Origin: Desulfobulbus propionicus DSM 2032
GTDB taxonomy: Bacteria; Desulfobacterota; Desulfobulbia; Desulfobulbales; Desulfobulbaceae
DNA length: 32,000 nucleotides
Reading direction: 5' to 3'
Assembly: GCF_000186885.1 (NCBI RefSeq)
Contig: NC_014972.1
Coordinates: 900,001 to 932,000, forward strand
Below the pieces are notes generated by a model, which saw only the letters and a program-made list of their open reading frames with translations, had not been told where the DNA came from and made no database searches. Shown here one piece after another: positions 9,791 through 18,136 of this stretch. Made by a program: the position numbers and the translations under genes. Within the stretch, counting starts at the first letter, position 1, and the number at the start of each line of letters is the position of its first letter.

Positions 9791-10498
9791 ATGCGCAGCG
9801 GTGAACGTTCGGCCGATGCATTGCGGCCGTTCAGTGTGGAATACGGGGTTCAGCCCCATGCCGACGGCTCGGTGCTGATCCGCATGGGCAATACCCATGT
9901 GCTGTGCGGGGTTACGGTGGAGGATCGGGTGCCGCCTTTTCTCAAGGACAAAGGTCAGGGCTGGATCACCGCCGAGTACGGCATGTTGCCCTGCGCCACC
10001 CACAGTCGGGGGCGGCGGGAAGCGGTTTCCGGTCTGTCCGGGCGGACCCATGAAATCCAGCGGCTGATCGGGCGCTCCCTGCGGATGATGGTGGACTTGA
10101 GCCTCTTGGGCGAGCACACCCTGCGGGTCGATTGCGATGTGCTCAACGCCGACGGCGGCACCCGCTGCGCATCGATTACCGGCGGCGCGCTCGCGGTAAA
10201 AATGGCCCTGGCGCGCATGGTCGAGCGCGGTCGATTGCCGGCCCTGCCGCCGTTGCTGCCGGTGGCGGCGATCAGCGCCGGGGTGGTGGCTGGTCAGCCG
10301 GTGCTCGATCTCGATTATGCCGAGGATTCGTCCGCCGAGGTGGACGCCAACTTCGTCATGAGCGGCGACGGCCGCTGGATCGAGGTCCAGAGCACGGCCG
10401 AGGGCGGACCCTTCCATCCACAATTGTTCACCGCCATGGCGGAACTGGCTGCACGGGGCACTGGCCAGTTGTTTGGTCTATGGGAAACGAGGGGATAA
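9791..10498 (+). CDS. rph: Ribonuclease PH
   Basis: [84 protein letters not shown]. Confidence 0.95.
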   Translation: MRSGERSADALRPFSVEYGVQPHADGSVLIRMGNTHVLCGVTVEDRVPPFLKDKGQGWITAEYGMLPCATHSRGRREAVSGLSGRTHEIQRLIGRSLRMMVDLSLLGEHTLRVDCDVLNADGGTRCASITGGALAVKMALARMVERGRLPALPPLLPVAAISAGVVAGQPVLDLDYAEDSSAEVDANFVMSGDGRWIEVQSTAEGGPFHPQLFTAMAELAARGTGQLFGLWETRG

Positions 10499-10621
10499 GC
10501 AGCTGCGGGGCAGGCCGGGAGGGTGGACGGAGCAGCCAGATATCCATGGAATCGGTGGCCGACTGCACCCAGGGAGGCTGCGTGGGGGAAAATCAGATTT
10601 TGGACCAGACCATCCCGCAAC

Positions 10622-11128
10622 CTAGCGCGGCAGCCGCTGGAGCAGTACCAGGCCGTCCGGAGTGACCGGCTCGATCTGATGCAGCTGTTCAATCTGGCCC
10701 AAGGGGATAAACCGGCCGTGCTCGATCTCGCTTGCCTGCAGGGTGAACGGGCCGTTGCTGGTACAGGCAAAGATGCGGCCCCAGACGCGGTTGCGATCGT
10801 CCTCGTAGTACTGATCAAAGAGGGGGCGGAGTTTGAGTCCTGTTATGCCCAGCTCTTCATGCAGTTCCCGCCGCGCTGATTCCTCGTAGCTTTCCCCGTC
10901 CAGGACCACGCCGCCGGCGGCCAGGTCCCAGTAGCCGGGATAAATGTCCTTGTTCATCGACCGTTTCTGGATGAACAGCTCGCCAGCGGTGTTGAAGACC
11001 AGGATGTAACTGGCCCGGTGGATGAGGCGTTGCTGGCGCATGATCCGGCGGGTGACCGCGCCCAGGGGAGTGTTGTCACGATCAACGATGGTCACGATCT
11101 CGTCGGCGGGATTGGTGAACATCAGCAT
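10622..11128 (-). CDS. Nudix hydrolase (IPP isomerase-like / YfcD-like)
   Basis: Nudix box GGVVLDGESYEESARRELHEELGI; N-term DEIVTIVDRDNTPLGAVTRRIMRQQRLIHRASYILVFN. Confidence 0.88.
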   Translation of the reverse strand: MLMFTNPADEIVTIVDRDNTPLGAVTRRIMRQQRLIHRASYILVFNTAGELFIQKRSMNKDIYPGYWDLAAGGVVLDGESYEESARRELHEELGITGLKLRPLFDQYYEDDRNRVWGRIFACTSNGPFTLQASEIEHGRFIPLGQIEQLHQIEPVTPDGLVLLQRLPR

Positions 11129-13326
11129 GCCTCCTGGGGCTCCGAGGGGCTGAACGGGTGACGCATCTCCCAGCAGCGGTGGATGCGGCGGTTGCGCTGG
11201 AAATCCAGAGGCACGGTCTGGTCGCTGATTTCGCGCACGTCGAATTCCTGCTCAAGGGTCGGGTCCAGTTTGAACTTGCGAAAATTGGTGGAGAAGATCA
11301 GCACCCCGGCCTTGGTCAGATGCTGCATGGCCAGGCGGAGCAGGGCAGGGTGATCGTTCTGGATGTCGAACGTTTGCTTACGGTGGCGGGCATTGGAAAA
11401 GGTGGGCGGATCGACAAAGATCACCCCGAAGCGGTCGTGGTTGCGCTTGAGCCAGTCCATGCAGTCGGCCTCGACACACTGGTGCAGCGGTCCGCCAAAG
11501 CCGTTGAGCGCCAGGTTGGCCTGGGCCCGACTCAGGTAGGTTTCGGAAACATCCACCGTGGTGGTGGCGGTGGCGCCGCCCATGGCGGCATAGACGGTGG
11601 CCGAGCCGGTATAGGCGAACAGGTTGAGAAAGGTTTTGCCGTGGGTCAACTGGCCCAGTCGCGTCCGGGTCAGTCGATGATCGAGAAACAGACCGGTATC
11701 GAGGTAGTCGGTGAAGTTGACCAGAAATCGGCCGCCGCCCTCGCGCACTTCGTACAGGGTGCCGGTTCCCGGTTTTTTCTGGTACTGTTGCGCCCCTTTC
11801 TGTTTCTGCCGCGTCTTGATAAAGAGCCGGCTGCGGGGCACGTCGAACACGGCGCGGATGACCTGCAGGGCCTGCTGGAATCGCTCCTCTGCCTTGGCGG
11901 GATCGATGGTGGCCGGCGGGGCGTACTCCTGAACATGGAGCCATTCCTCGTAGCAATCGATGGCCAGGTTGTATTCCGGGATGTCGCCATCATAGAGGCG
12001 AAAACAGGTGATGCCTTCGGCCTCGGCCCACGGCAGGAGGGTGGTGCAGTTCTTGATCAGGCGGTTGGCCAGATCCTCACCGGGGCTGCCGGCCGCCAGG
12101 GCGACCGGGGCCCAGCGGTGCACGGCCTTTTCTCCCATCTGACTCTCCTGACCTACCAGCAGCTGGCACTTGATCGGGCCATTGAACAGCCGGTGCCGCT
12201 CTTGCCACTGCATGCCGGTCATCTCGGCAAGATCGGGGTTGGCGGTGAAAAAGCCGAGCGTCCAGCCGGAAAACTGGCTACGGAATACCCGGCCCAGGCA
12301 GCGGTAGAGATATTTGACCGCCTCTTTTTCCGACAAACGCTCGCCGTAGGGCGGATTGGTCAGCAGGCATCCCCTGGGGCCCGGGCTCTGCAGGCGGGCC
12401 AGTTGCCGTTGTTTGATGACGATCACATCACGCAGTCCGGCGGCGATCACGTTTTTGCGGGCCGCGGCCACCACCTTGGGGTCGGCGTCGTAGCCGATGA
12501 ACTGTGGCCAGGTTTCGGGCAAACTCCGACCTTCGCGGTCCAAGGCCTCCTGGACCAAGCGTTCCCATAACAGCGGGTCATGTTTGTTCCAGGCCATGAA
12601 GCCAAAAGTTTTGCGCAGCAAGCCGGGAGCGCTGTCGCTGAGCATCAGGGCCGCCTCGATCAGCAGGGTGCCGCCGCCGCACATCGGGTCAAGCAGGATG
12701 GGTTCCGCTTGCCGACGATCCAGCCAGCCCGAAAGGCGGACGATGGCCGCGGCCAGGGTCTCCTTGAGCGGCGCCTCACCGCTGCCGGTGCGATAGCCGC
12801 GCCGGTGCAGGCTCTCCCCCGAGAGATCCAGGGAGAGCGATGCGCCGGTACCCTGGACATGGAGGTTGAGACGAATGTCCGGGGCAAAGGCGTTGACATC
12901 CGGACGCTTGCCGAACCGTTTGCGAAATTGGTCGACAATGGCGTCCTTGATCCGCAGCGAGGCGAATTGGCTGTGGGTGAGGGAGGCGTTGACCAGGGTG
13001 GTGTGGACGGCAAAGGTCTGTTGAGCGGTGAAATGCTCGTCCCAGAGGATGTTGCCGGCATGGGCATACAGGGCGTCCGGATTGGGGGCGTCGAACCGGG
13101 CCAGTTCCAGCAGGATGCGCGAGGCAAAACGCGACCACAGACAGGCGCGGTAGCCGCTTTCCAGGTGGCCGCTCCAGGTGACCGCACCGGGATGGGCGTC
13201 GATCTGTTCGCCGCCGAAGGAGGCTATTTCCTCACTGACCAGCGGTTCCAGGCCAAAGCCGCAGGTGGCGGTGAATCTCAGGGGCTGCTTTTTCTTTTTT
13301 TTCGATGTCGGGCGGATGCGGTACAT
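11122..13326 (-). CDS. rlmL: Bifunctional 23S rRNA (guanine) methyltransferase RlmKL-like (THUMP + two SAM methyltransferase domains)
   Basis: FTATCGFGLEPLVSEEI; LLDPMCGGGTLLIEAALM; NPPYGERL; second MTase KTFLNLFAYTGSATVYAAMGGA, VIFVDPPTFSN. Start assigned to ATG at 13326 (MYRIRPTSKKKKKQPL...) rather than the ORF-track start 14742, which runs antisense through two response-regulator genes. Confidence 0.9.
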   Translation of the reverse strand: MYRIRPTSKKKKKQPLRFTATCGFGLEPLVSEEIASFGGEQIDAHPGAVTWSGHLESGYRACLWSRFASRILLELARFDAPNPDALYAHAGNILWDEHFTAQQTFAVHTTLVNASLTHSQFASLRIKDAIVDQFRKRFGKRPDVNAFAPDIRLNLHVQGTGASLSLDLSGESLHRRGYRTGSGEAPLKETLAAAIVRLSGWLDRRQAEPILLDPMCGGGTLLIEAALMLSDSAPGLLRKTFGFMAWNKHDPLLWERLVQEALDREGRSLPETWPQFIGYDADPKVVAAARKNVIAAGLRDVIVIKQRQLARLQSPGPRGCLLTNPPYGERLSEKEAVKYLYRCLGRVFRSQFSGWTLGFFTANPDLAEMTGMQWQERHRLFNGPIKCQLLVGQESQMGEKAVHRWAPVALAAGSPGEDLANRLIKNCTTLLPWAEAEGITCFRLYDGDIPEYNLAIDCYEEWLHVQEYAPPATIDPAKAEERFQQALQVIRAVFDVPRSRLFIKTRQKQKGAQQYQKKPGTGTLYEVREGGGRFLVNFTDYLDTGLFLDHRLTRTRLGQLTHGKTFLNLFAYTGSATVYAAMGGATATTTVDVSETYLSRAQANLALNGFGGPLHQCVEADCMDWLKRNHDRFGVIFVDPPTFSNARHRKQTFDIQNDHPALLRLAMQHLTKAGVLIFSTNFRKFKLDPTLEQEFDVREISDQTVPLDFQRNRRIHRCWEMRHPFSPSEPQEAC

Positions 13327-13692
13327 GAGAATAGGTGTATTGGGGGCAGAACAATCTGTGAGCAATAGACCCGGTTCCGTCGCGGCGAGAGCAACCGGGG
13401 GAACGGGCGGGGCGGGAATCGTGCTGGCCGGTGAATATCTTGACAAGGTGTGCCGCCTGGCTGCGACATCCCCTCCGAAGTCCGCACTCCGGGGACACGT
13501 CCGCCAGAGGACAGGCGAATTGCCCCGCGCGGCGCTGTCATCCGCCGGCAGGCGCCTCGCAACATAGCCATTCTTGGTGGGGAAGTAAACAAGAACACGA
13601 TGAGGGATGAGGGATTCGTTGCGCCGACGGCCAAGGTCGCTCTGGTCAGCGCCGCCATGCCACGCCAACGACCGCCGTCTCCGGGAGAGATC

Positions 13693-14355
13693 ATGGACGA
13701 GCACAATGCAGCACCACACGCACGCGACACGGAGGACAGCCGGCTCAACCGGGAACACGGGCATGCCCTGCACAATATTTTCAGCATCATAATCGCCAAC
13801 GCGGAAATGATCGGCGAGGAATCGAGGGGCATGGAGACGCTGCAACGGCGGCTCGACCGGATCATCGCGGCCAGCCGCCGGGGCGAGCAGTTGGTGGACG
13901 GGATACGCTCCCTTTCCAAGGCACGGCATGCGCCCCGGCCCGAACCCACGGAGCAGGCATCGCTTCCCACCGTTGCCGACGGGAGATTGGGCCGTGTGCT
14001 GATCGTCGACGATGAACCCGATGTGGTGGAGATTCTCCGGAGGTACCTTGAACGGGCCGGGTTGCAGGTTCATGGTTTCATCGACAGCCGCGAGGCCTTG
14101 AACGGGCTGCGCCGGGAACCGTTGGCCTACGATCTGGTGATCACCGACCTCGATATGCCGAACCTGGGTGGAATCGAGTTGCGCGAGCAGCTGCGGACCA
14201 TCCGTCCGGACCTGCCAGTCATCGTCATCACCGGCCATGAAGGGCAGTGTTCCGGGGGGCCGTTCTCGCTGTCCGGTGTCACGGAGTGGTTGTCCAAACC
14301 GATCAACCGGAACCACCTGTTGGACACGGTGGGGCGTCTTTTGCCGCCGGCTTGA
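13693..14355 (+). CDS. HisKA-like N-terminal helical region fused to a receiver domain; no HATPase domain
   Basis: HALHNIFSIIIANAEMIGEESRGMETLQRRLDRIIAASRRGEQLVDGIRSLSK resembles HisKA HDFNNxLxxIxGxxEL; REC: VLIVDDEPDVVEIL...YDLVITDLDMPNLGG...IVITGH...LSKP. ATG at 13693 is preceded by GGGAGAG; ATG at 13600 is an alternative start. Confidence 0.75.
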   Translation: MDEHNAAPHARDTEDSRLNREHGHALHNIFSIIIANAEMIGEESRGMETLQRRLDRIIAASRRGEQLVDGIRSLSKARHAPRPEPTEQASLPTVADGRLGRVLIVDDEPDVVEILRRYLERAGLQVHGFIDSREALNGLRREPLAYDLVITDLDMPNLGGIELREQLRTIRPDLPVIVITGHEGQCSGGPFSLSGVTEWLSKPINRNHLLDTVGRLLPPA

Positions 14356-14380
14356 CATTTTCCGGGACAGCCTGTGTAAT
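14352..14380 (+). promoter_or_regulatory. Candidate sigma70-type promoter for the sigma54-dependent regulator gene
   Basis: TTGACA (14352-14357), 17-nt spacer, TGTAAT (14375-14380), followed by a 112-nt intergenic/5' UTR region before ATG 14468. Confidence 0.6.
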
Positions 14381-14467
14381 GGGCGTATGTGGTAGGTGTT
14401 GTGGGCAGAGTTTCTTGAAAATGTTAGACAATATTCCATGTTCCCGTGCTGTGGAACCGGAGAATGG

Positions 14468-15847
14468 ATGGCTGAAATCCTGATTATCGACGATGACCCC
14501 CTGTTCGCGGAAACCGTGGCCGACAAGCTCGACAGCCTGCGGCACACGTCCCGATGCGCGCACACCTTGACCGCCGGCCTTGCCGCGGCGGTCGAGGGCC
14601 GTTTTGACGTGGTACTGCTCGATGTCTGTCTTCCGGACGGCAACGGCCTGCTGGCCATCGATCGGCTGCGTTCCGTGGCCTCGGACCCGCAGGTGATCAT
14701 CATCACCGGCCAGGGAGATCCGGATGGGGCCGAGCTGGCCATCCGTCACGGCGCTTGGTGCTATCTGGAGAAGAGCTCGATTGTCAAGGAGATCACCCTG
14801 CCATTGACCCGGGCCTTGCAGTACCGCCAGGCCCTGAGCGGACAGAAGGCCGTGCTCAAGACGGTGGAGCGCGACCAGCTGGTCGGCGAAAGTCCCCGTT
14901 TCCTCCAATGCCTGGATATGCTGGCCAAGGCGGCGGCAGCCGATGCCAGCGTCCTTGTTTCCGGGGAGTCAGGAACGGGCAAGGAGGCCTTTGCCCGGGC
15001 CATCCATGCCAACAGCCGCCGCAGGAGCGGCAACTTCGTGGTGGTCGACTGCACCGCCCTGCCGGAACAACTGGTGGAAAGCGTGCTTTTTGGCCATGTC
15101 AAGGGTGCCTTCACCGGCGCCGATCGGGCCAATCGCGGTCTGATCCGCCATGCCGACAAGGGAACGCTTTTTCTCGACGAGATCGGCGAGCTGCCGCTGG
15201 CCACCCAGAAAAGTTTCCTCCGTGTCCTTCAGGAACGCACCTTTTGTCCGGTGGGCAGCCAGGAGGAGTGTCACAGCGATTTTCGCCTGATTTGCGCCAC
15301 CAACCGCGATCTGGTGGCCATGACCGAGAAGGGGGTGTTCCGCGAGGATCTGCTCTACCGTCTGCGGGGACTGTCCCTGCACCTGCCGCCCCTGCGCGAG
15401 CGCGACGGCGACATCCCCCGGTTGGTGGAACATTTCCTCAGCCGCTTGGTGCAGCGGTATGGCCAGGAGAGAAAAGAGTGCTTGCCCGATTTCATGGACT
15501 ATCTCACCAGCTACGCCTGGCCGGGCAATGTCCGCGAGCTGTCCCAGGCGATGGAATCCGCCTTTGCCCATGCGGTCTATTCGCCGGTGCTCTTTCCGCA
15601 ACACCTGCCGGTGCATATCCGCACGGCCCATGCCCGAGCCAACGTTCGCGGCCATGAAACGATCCCGGCCGATGTTCCGAGTTCCGAGGCCATTCTTGCC
15701 TGGCGGGAGGCCAAGGATGCCTTTGAGCGCGAGTACACCCAACGGCTTCTCCGCCACAGTGCTGGCAATATCATGGAAGCCGGCCGACTGTCCGGCCTCT
15801 CCCGCACCCGCCTCTACCAGTTGATCAGGAAGTTTCAGCTTGGCTGA
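14468..15847 (+). CDS. Sigma54-dependent response regulator (REC-AAA+-Fis-type HTH)
   Basis: REC: ILIIDDDPLFAETVADKL...DVVLLDVCLPDGNG; AAA+: VLVSGESGTGKEAFARAIH, FGHVKGAFTGAD, GTLFLDEIGELP, SYAWPGNVRELSQAM; C-term HTH AGNIMEAGRLSGLSRTRLYQLIRKF. Confidence 0.93.
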   Translation: MAEILIIDDDPLFAETVADKLDSLRHTSRCAHTLTAGLAAAVEGRFDVVLLDVCLPDGNGLLAIDRLRSVASDPQVIIITGQGDPDGAELAIRHGAWCYLEKSSIVKEITLPLTRALQYRQALSGQKAVLKTVERDQLVGESPRFLQCLDMLAKAAAADASVLVSGESGTGKEAFARAIHANSRRRSGNFVVVDCTALPEQLVESVLFGHVKGAFTGADRANRGLIRHADKGTLFLDEIGELPLATQKSFLRVLQERTFCPVGSQEECHSDFRLICATNRDLVAMTEKGVFREDLLYRLRGLSLHLPPLRERDGDIPRLVEHFLSRLVQRYGQERKECLPDFMDYLTSYAWPGNVRELSQAMESAFAHAVYSPVLFPQHLPVHIRTAHARANVRGHETIPADVPSSEAILAWREAKDAFEREYTQRLLRHSAGNIMEAGRLSGLSRTRLYQLIRKFQLG

Positions 15848-16054
15848 ATCCTTGGCTGGCTCTTCGCTCTGATCGACCCTGCCGCCGGCGCTTGTGTGCC
15901 GCTATCTCCTGCTCTACCGATGCAGGCCAGGTCGTGTACCGGTTGTTTGTTCCGAACTGTTCACTTTTCGGCACACTGTGCTTTTTTGTGAACGATTGCC
16001 CGCTTGTCGATCCCCATTCATCCCCTCGCCAGATCGGTCGTATCCCGCGCCAAC

Positions 16055-16080
16055 GCCGGCTATCGGCATTTTTCTTCTTT
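16055..16080 (+). terminator. Possible weak intrinsic terminator
   Basis: GCCG-GCTAT-CGGC followed by ATTTTTCTTCTTT; stem is only 4 bp. Confidence 0.25.
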
Positions 16081-16163
16081 TTGCTCCAGGCGGCATGATC
16101 CTTGCCAATGAGGAGCAGCGGACAGGCACATCGCGGTCCGTGGAGAACAGTGAGGAACTATGC

Positions 16164-16568
16164 ATGAACGTGCTGTTGTATGCGGCCAAACAGACGGCAA
16201 GCGGTGAACGGCTGAAACAGTCCATCGAGACATTGACGTCCCTGGAATCCCTGACCGATTGCGGGAGCATCGCGGAATTGATCCAGTATCTGCGAAACCC
16301 CGATCCGTTGCCGGAAACCGTGGTGCTCCAGGCGACAAGCCATCAGGATTTGCAGGTGTTCGAACCCTTCCGTTTTCGGCTGGAAATGGTGTTTTTTGTT
16401 CTGGTGCTGCCGGATGCCGATACAGAGACCGTGGCGCGCGGCCATCAGTTGCGGCCGCGTTTCATCGCCTACCAGGACAGCGATTTCAGCGAGGTCGGCG
16501 CCGTGCTGGCCCGGTTGGAATCCCGCCAGGACCATCGTTTTGGCGCCGGCTCTTCGCGCAATCCTTAG
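16164..16568 (+). CDS. Hypothetical protein (134 aa) preceding the triple-CheW gene
   Basis: MNVLLYAAKQTASGERLKQSIETLTSLESLTDCGSIAELIQYLRNP...MVFFVLVLPDAD...; alpha/beta pattern loosely like a degenerate receiver; ends 14 nt before the next ATG. Confidence 0.6.
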   Translation: MNVLLYAAKQTASGERLKQSIETLTSLESLTDCGSIAELIQYLRNPDPLPETVVLQATSHQDLQVFEPFRFRLEMVFFVLVLPDADTETVARGHQLRPRFIAYQDSDFSEVGAVLARLESRQDHRFGAGSSRNP

Positions 16569-16582
16569 ACGGGGTACTCCCA

Positions 16583-18103
16583 ATGAGTCAGGAACAACTC
16601 TTTGCCTCTTTTCTCCTTGACCGTCAGGCCGATCTCGAGATCGCCCTGCCCGCGGAACAGGTGGTCGAGGCCATGCCCCTCGCGGCCCCGATCCAGCCCT
16701 TGCCCACCGGGGCCTTTTTTCTTGAGGGAATCATGCCGTTGCGGGGCGATGTGATCCCGGTAATCAACCTGAAAAAACGGTTGGCCTTGACGGAAACCGC
16801 ATACGGCGACGATGCCAAGGTGGCAGTGATCCAGTTCAACCGCAAGCGGTACGGCCTGTTGGTGGACGATATCCGCGAAGTGCTGCGGGTTTCCCCCCAC
16901 GCTGTCCAGCCTCTCGATCCCTTTCTTCTCACCGAGGAGACGGTGATCGTCGACCTGATCAAGCTGGACCAGGGGCGGCGGACCCTGGAGCTGCTCGATC
17001 TGCGGCGGCTTTTTCCCACGGGCGGGTCCGGCGTCGACGAGGCCCTTGACCATGACGAGCCGCCACCGGCGGTGCAGCGCAGTTATTCGCAGTTCGTCGT
17101 TTTTTCCTGCCGCCAGCAGATTTACGGCATTCCGGTGGGCGATTCGCGGGAGATCTGCTTTTTCAGCGACATTGACCAGACCTTCAAGAGCGGCAAGGTG
17201 GAAGGCGCCCTGCAGCTGCGCGGTCAGACCATCCCGGTGCTGTGCAGCGCGACCCTGCTCGGTTGCGCGGAAGAAACGATCACCCCCACCGAGGAGACCC
17301 GCATCCTGGTGATGCAGTCGGGGCTTCTGTCCTTTGGTTTGATTGTCGACAAGATCCATCAGATTTTGGTGGTGGCCGACGATGCCATCATGGCCATTCC
17401 GGGGCGTCACCTGCCGCATCTGCGGGGCGTGTGCACCTGCGCGCCCTACAACGACATCATGCTGCTCGATGTTCAGGGGTTGATCGGTTCCCAGGCCGAC
17501 AGAATCAGCGCCATGACGCGGCTGCGCAAGAACAACGGCTCGACCGAGGCGGAGGAGGAATCGGCGGCCCGCCACCTCATCACCGAGCACTGCTATCTCG
17601 TGTTTGCCATCGGCAAGCATTATGCAATTGAACTCAAGGATGTGCAGGAAATCATCGGCTGCGGCGATTGCATGCCGATTGCCGGCGATGGCCTGGTGCA
17701 GGGAATCATCAACCTGCGTGGCCGGATCGTGCCGGTGATCCGCCTGCGCAACTTTTACGCCTGTCCAGACCACAACGTGGTGAGCCGGGACCCCAGCCCG
17801 GAGGACAAGCTGATCATCGGCCGGGCCAATGGCAACCTGGTGGCCTTGCTGGTCGATGAAATTATCACTATCTACAAACAGGAACGGTACCACGCCACCC
17901 CGTCGCTCAGGCCTGAGTTGCAGGCGAAAAAGGACACCCTGGACCGGTTGATCGAGTTCATCAACGGCGAGGGGCTGAAGGAGCATGTGCTGGTTGTCAA
18001 TGTCGCCAATTTGCTGCGTCACCATCTCCTGATCGCGGACCAGGAGACGGTGACGCCCGTGGCGGCGCCGGCGGATTTGATCGATTCGCCGCCAATCAAG
18101 TAA
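16583..18103 (+). CDS. Chemotaxis protein with three tandem CheW domains
   Basis: Three CheW-like segments: FFLEGIMPLRGDVIPVINLKKRL; YSQFVVFSCRQQIYGIPVGDSREIC...ALQLRGQTIPVL; CYLVFAIGKHYAIELKDVQEIIG...LVQGIINLRGRIVPVIRLRNFY. ATG at 16583 chosen over the upstream ORF-track start. Confidence 0.85.
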   Translation: MSQEQLFASFLLDRQADLEIALPAEQVVEAMPLAAPIQPLPTGAFFLEGIMPLRGDVIPVINLKKRLALTETAYGDDAKVAVIQFNRKRYGLLVDDIREVLRVSPHAVQPLDPFLLTEETVIVDLIKLDQGRRTLELLDLRRLFPTGGSGVDEALDHDEPPPAVQRSYSQFVVFSCRQQIYGIPVGDSREICFFSDIDQTFKSGKVEGALQLRGQTIPVLCSATLLGCAEETITPTEETRILVMQSGLLSFGLIVDKIHQILVVADDAIMAIPGRHLPHLRGVCTCAPYNDIMLLDVQGLIGSQADRISAMTRLRKNNGSTEAEEESAARHLITEHCYLVFAIGKHYAIELKDVQEIIGCGDCMPIAGDGLVQGIINLRGRIVPVIRLRNFYACPDHNVVSRDPSPEDKLIIGRANGNLVALLVDEIITIYKQERYHATPSLRPELQAKKDTLDRLIEFINGEGLKEHVLVVNVANLLRHHLLIADQETVTPVAAPADLIDSPPIK

Positions 18104-18136
18104 TCGCGAACACGAAAGGAACAAAGGAATCAGGGA

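Noticed and set aside
10499-10621. Convergent gap between rph and the Nudix gene as a possible sRNA locus
   Set aside because: Only short imperfect repeats; no promoter or terminator pair that can be supported from sequence alone.
11158-12570. 470-aa plus-strand ORF opposite rlmKL
   Set aside because: Antisense shadow; minus strand encodes THUMP/methyltransferase motifs.
13327-14742. N-terminal 472-aa extension of the minus-strand rlmKL ORF
   Set aside because: No recognisable domain; it is antisense to the HisKA-REC and sigma54 regulator genes, and homology-like sequence begins just after ATG 13326.
16259-16582. N-terminal extension of the triple-CheW ORF
   Set aside because: Overlaps the 134-aa gene in another frame and lacks CheW-like sequence; start reassigned to ATG 16583.
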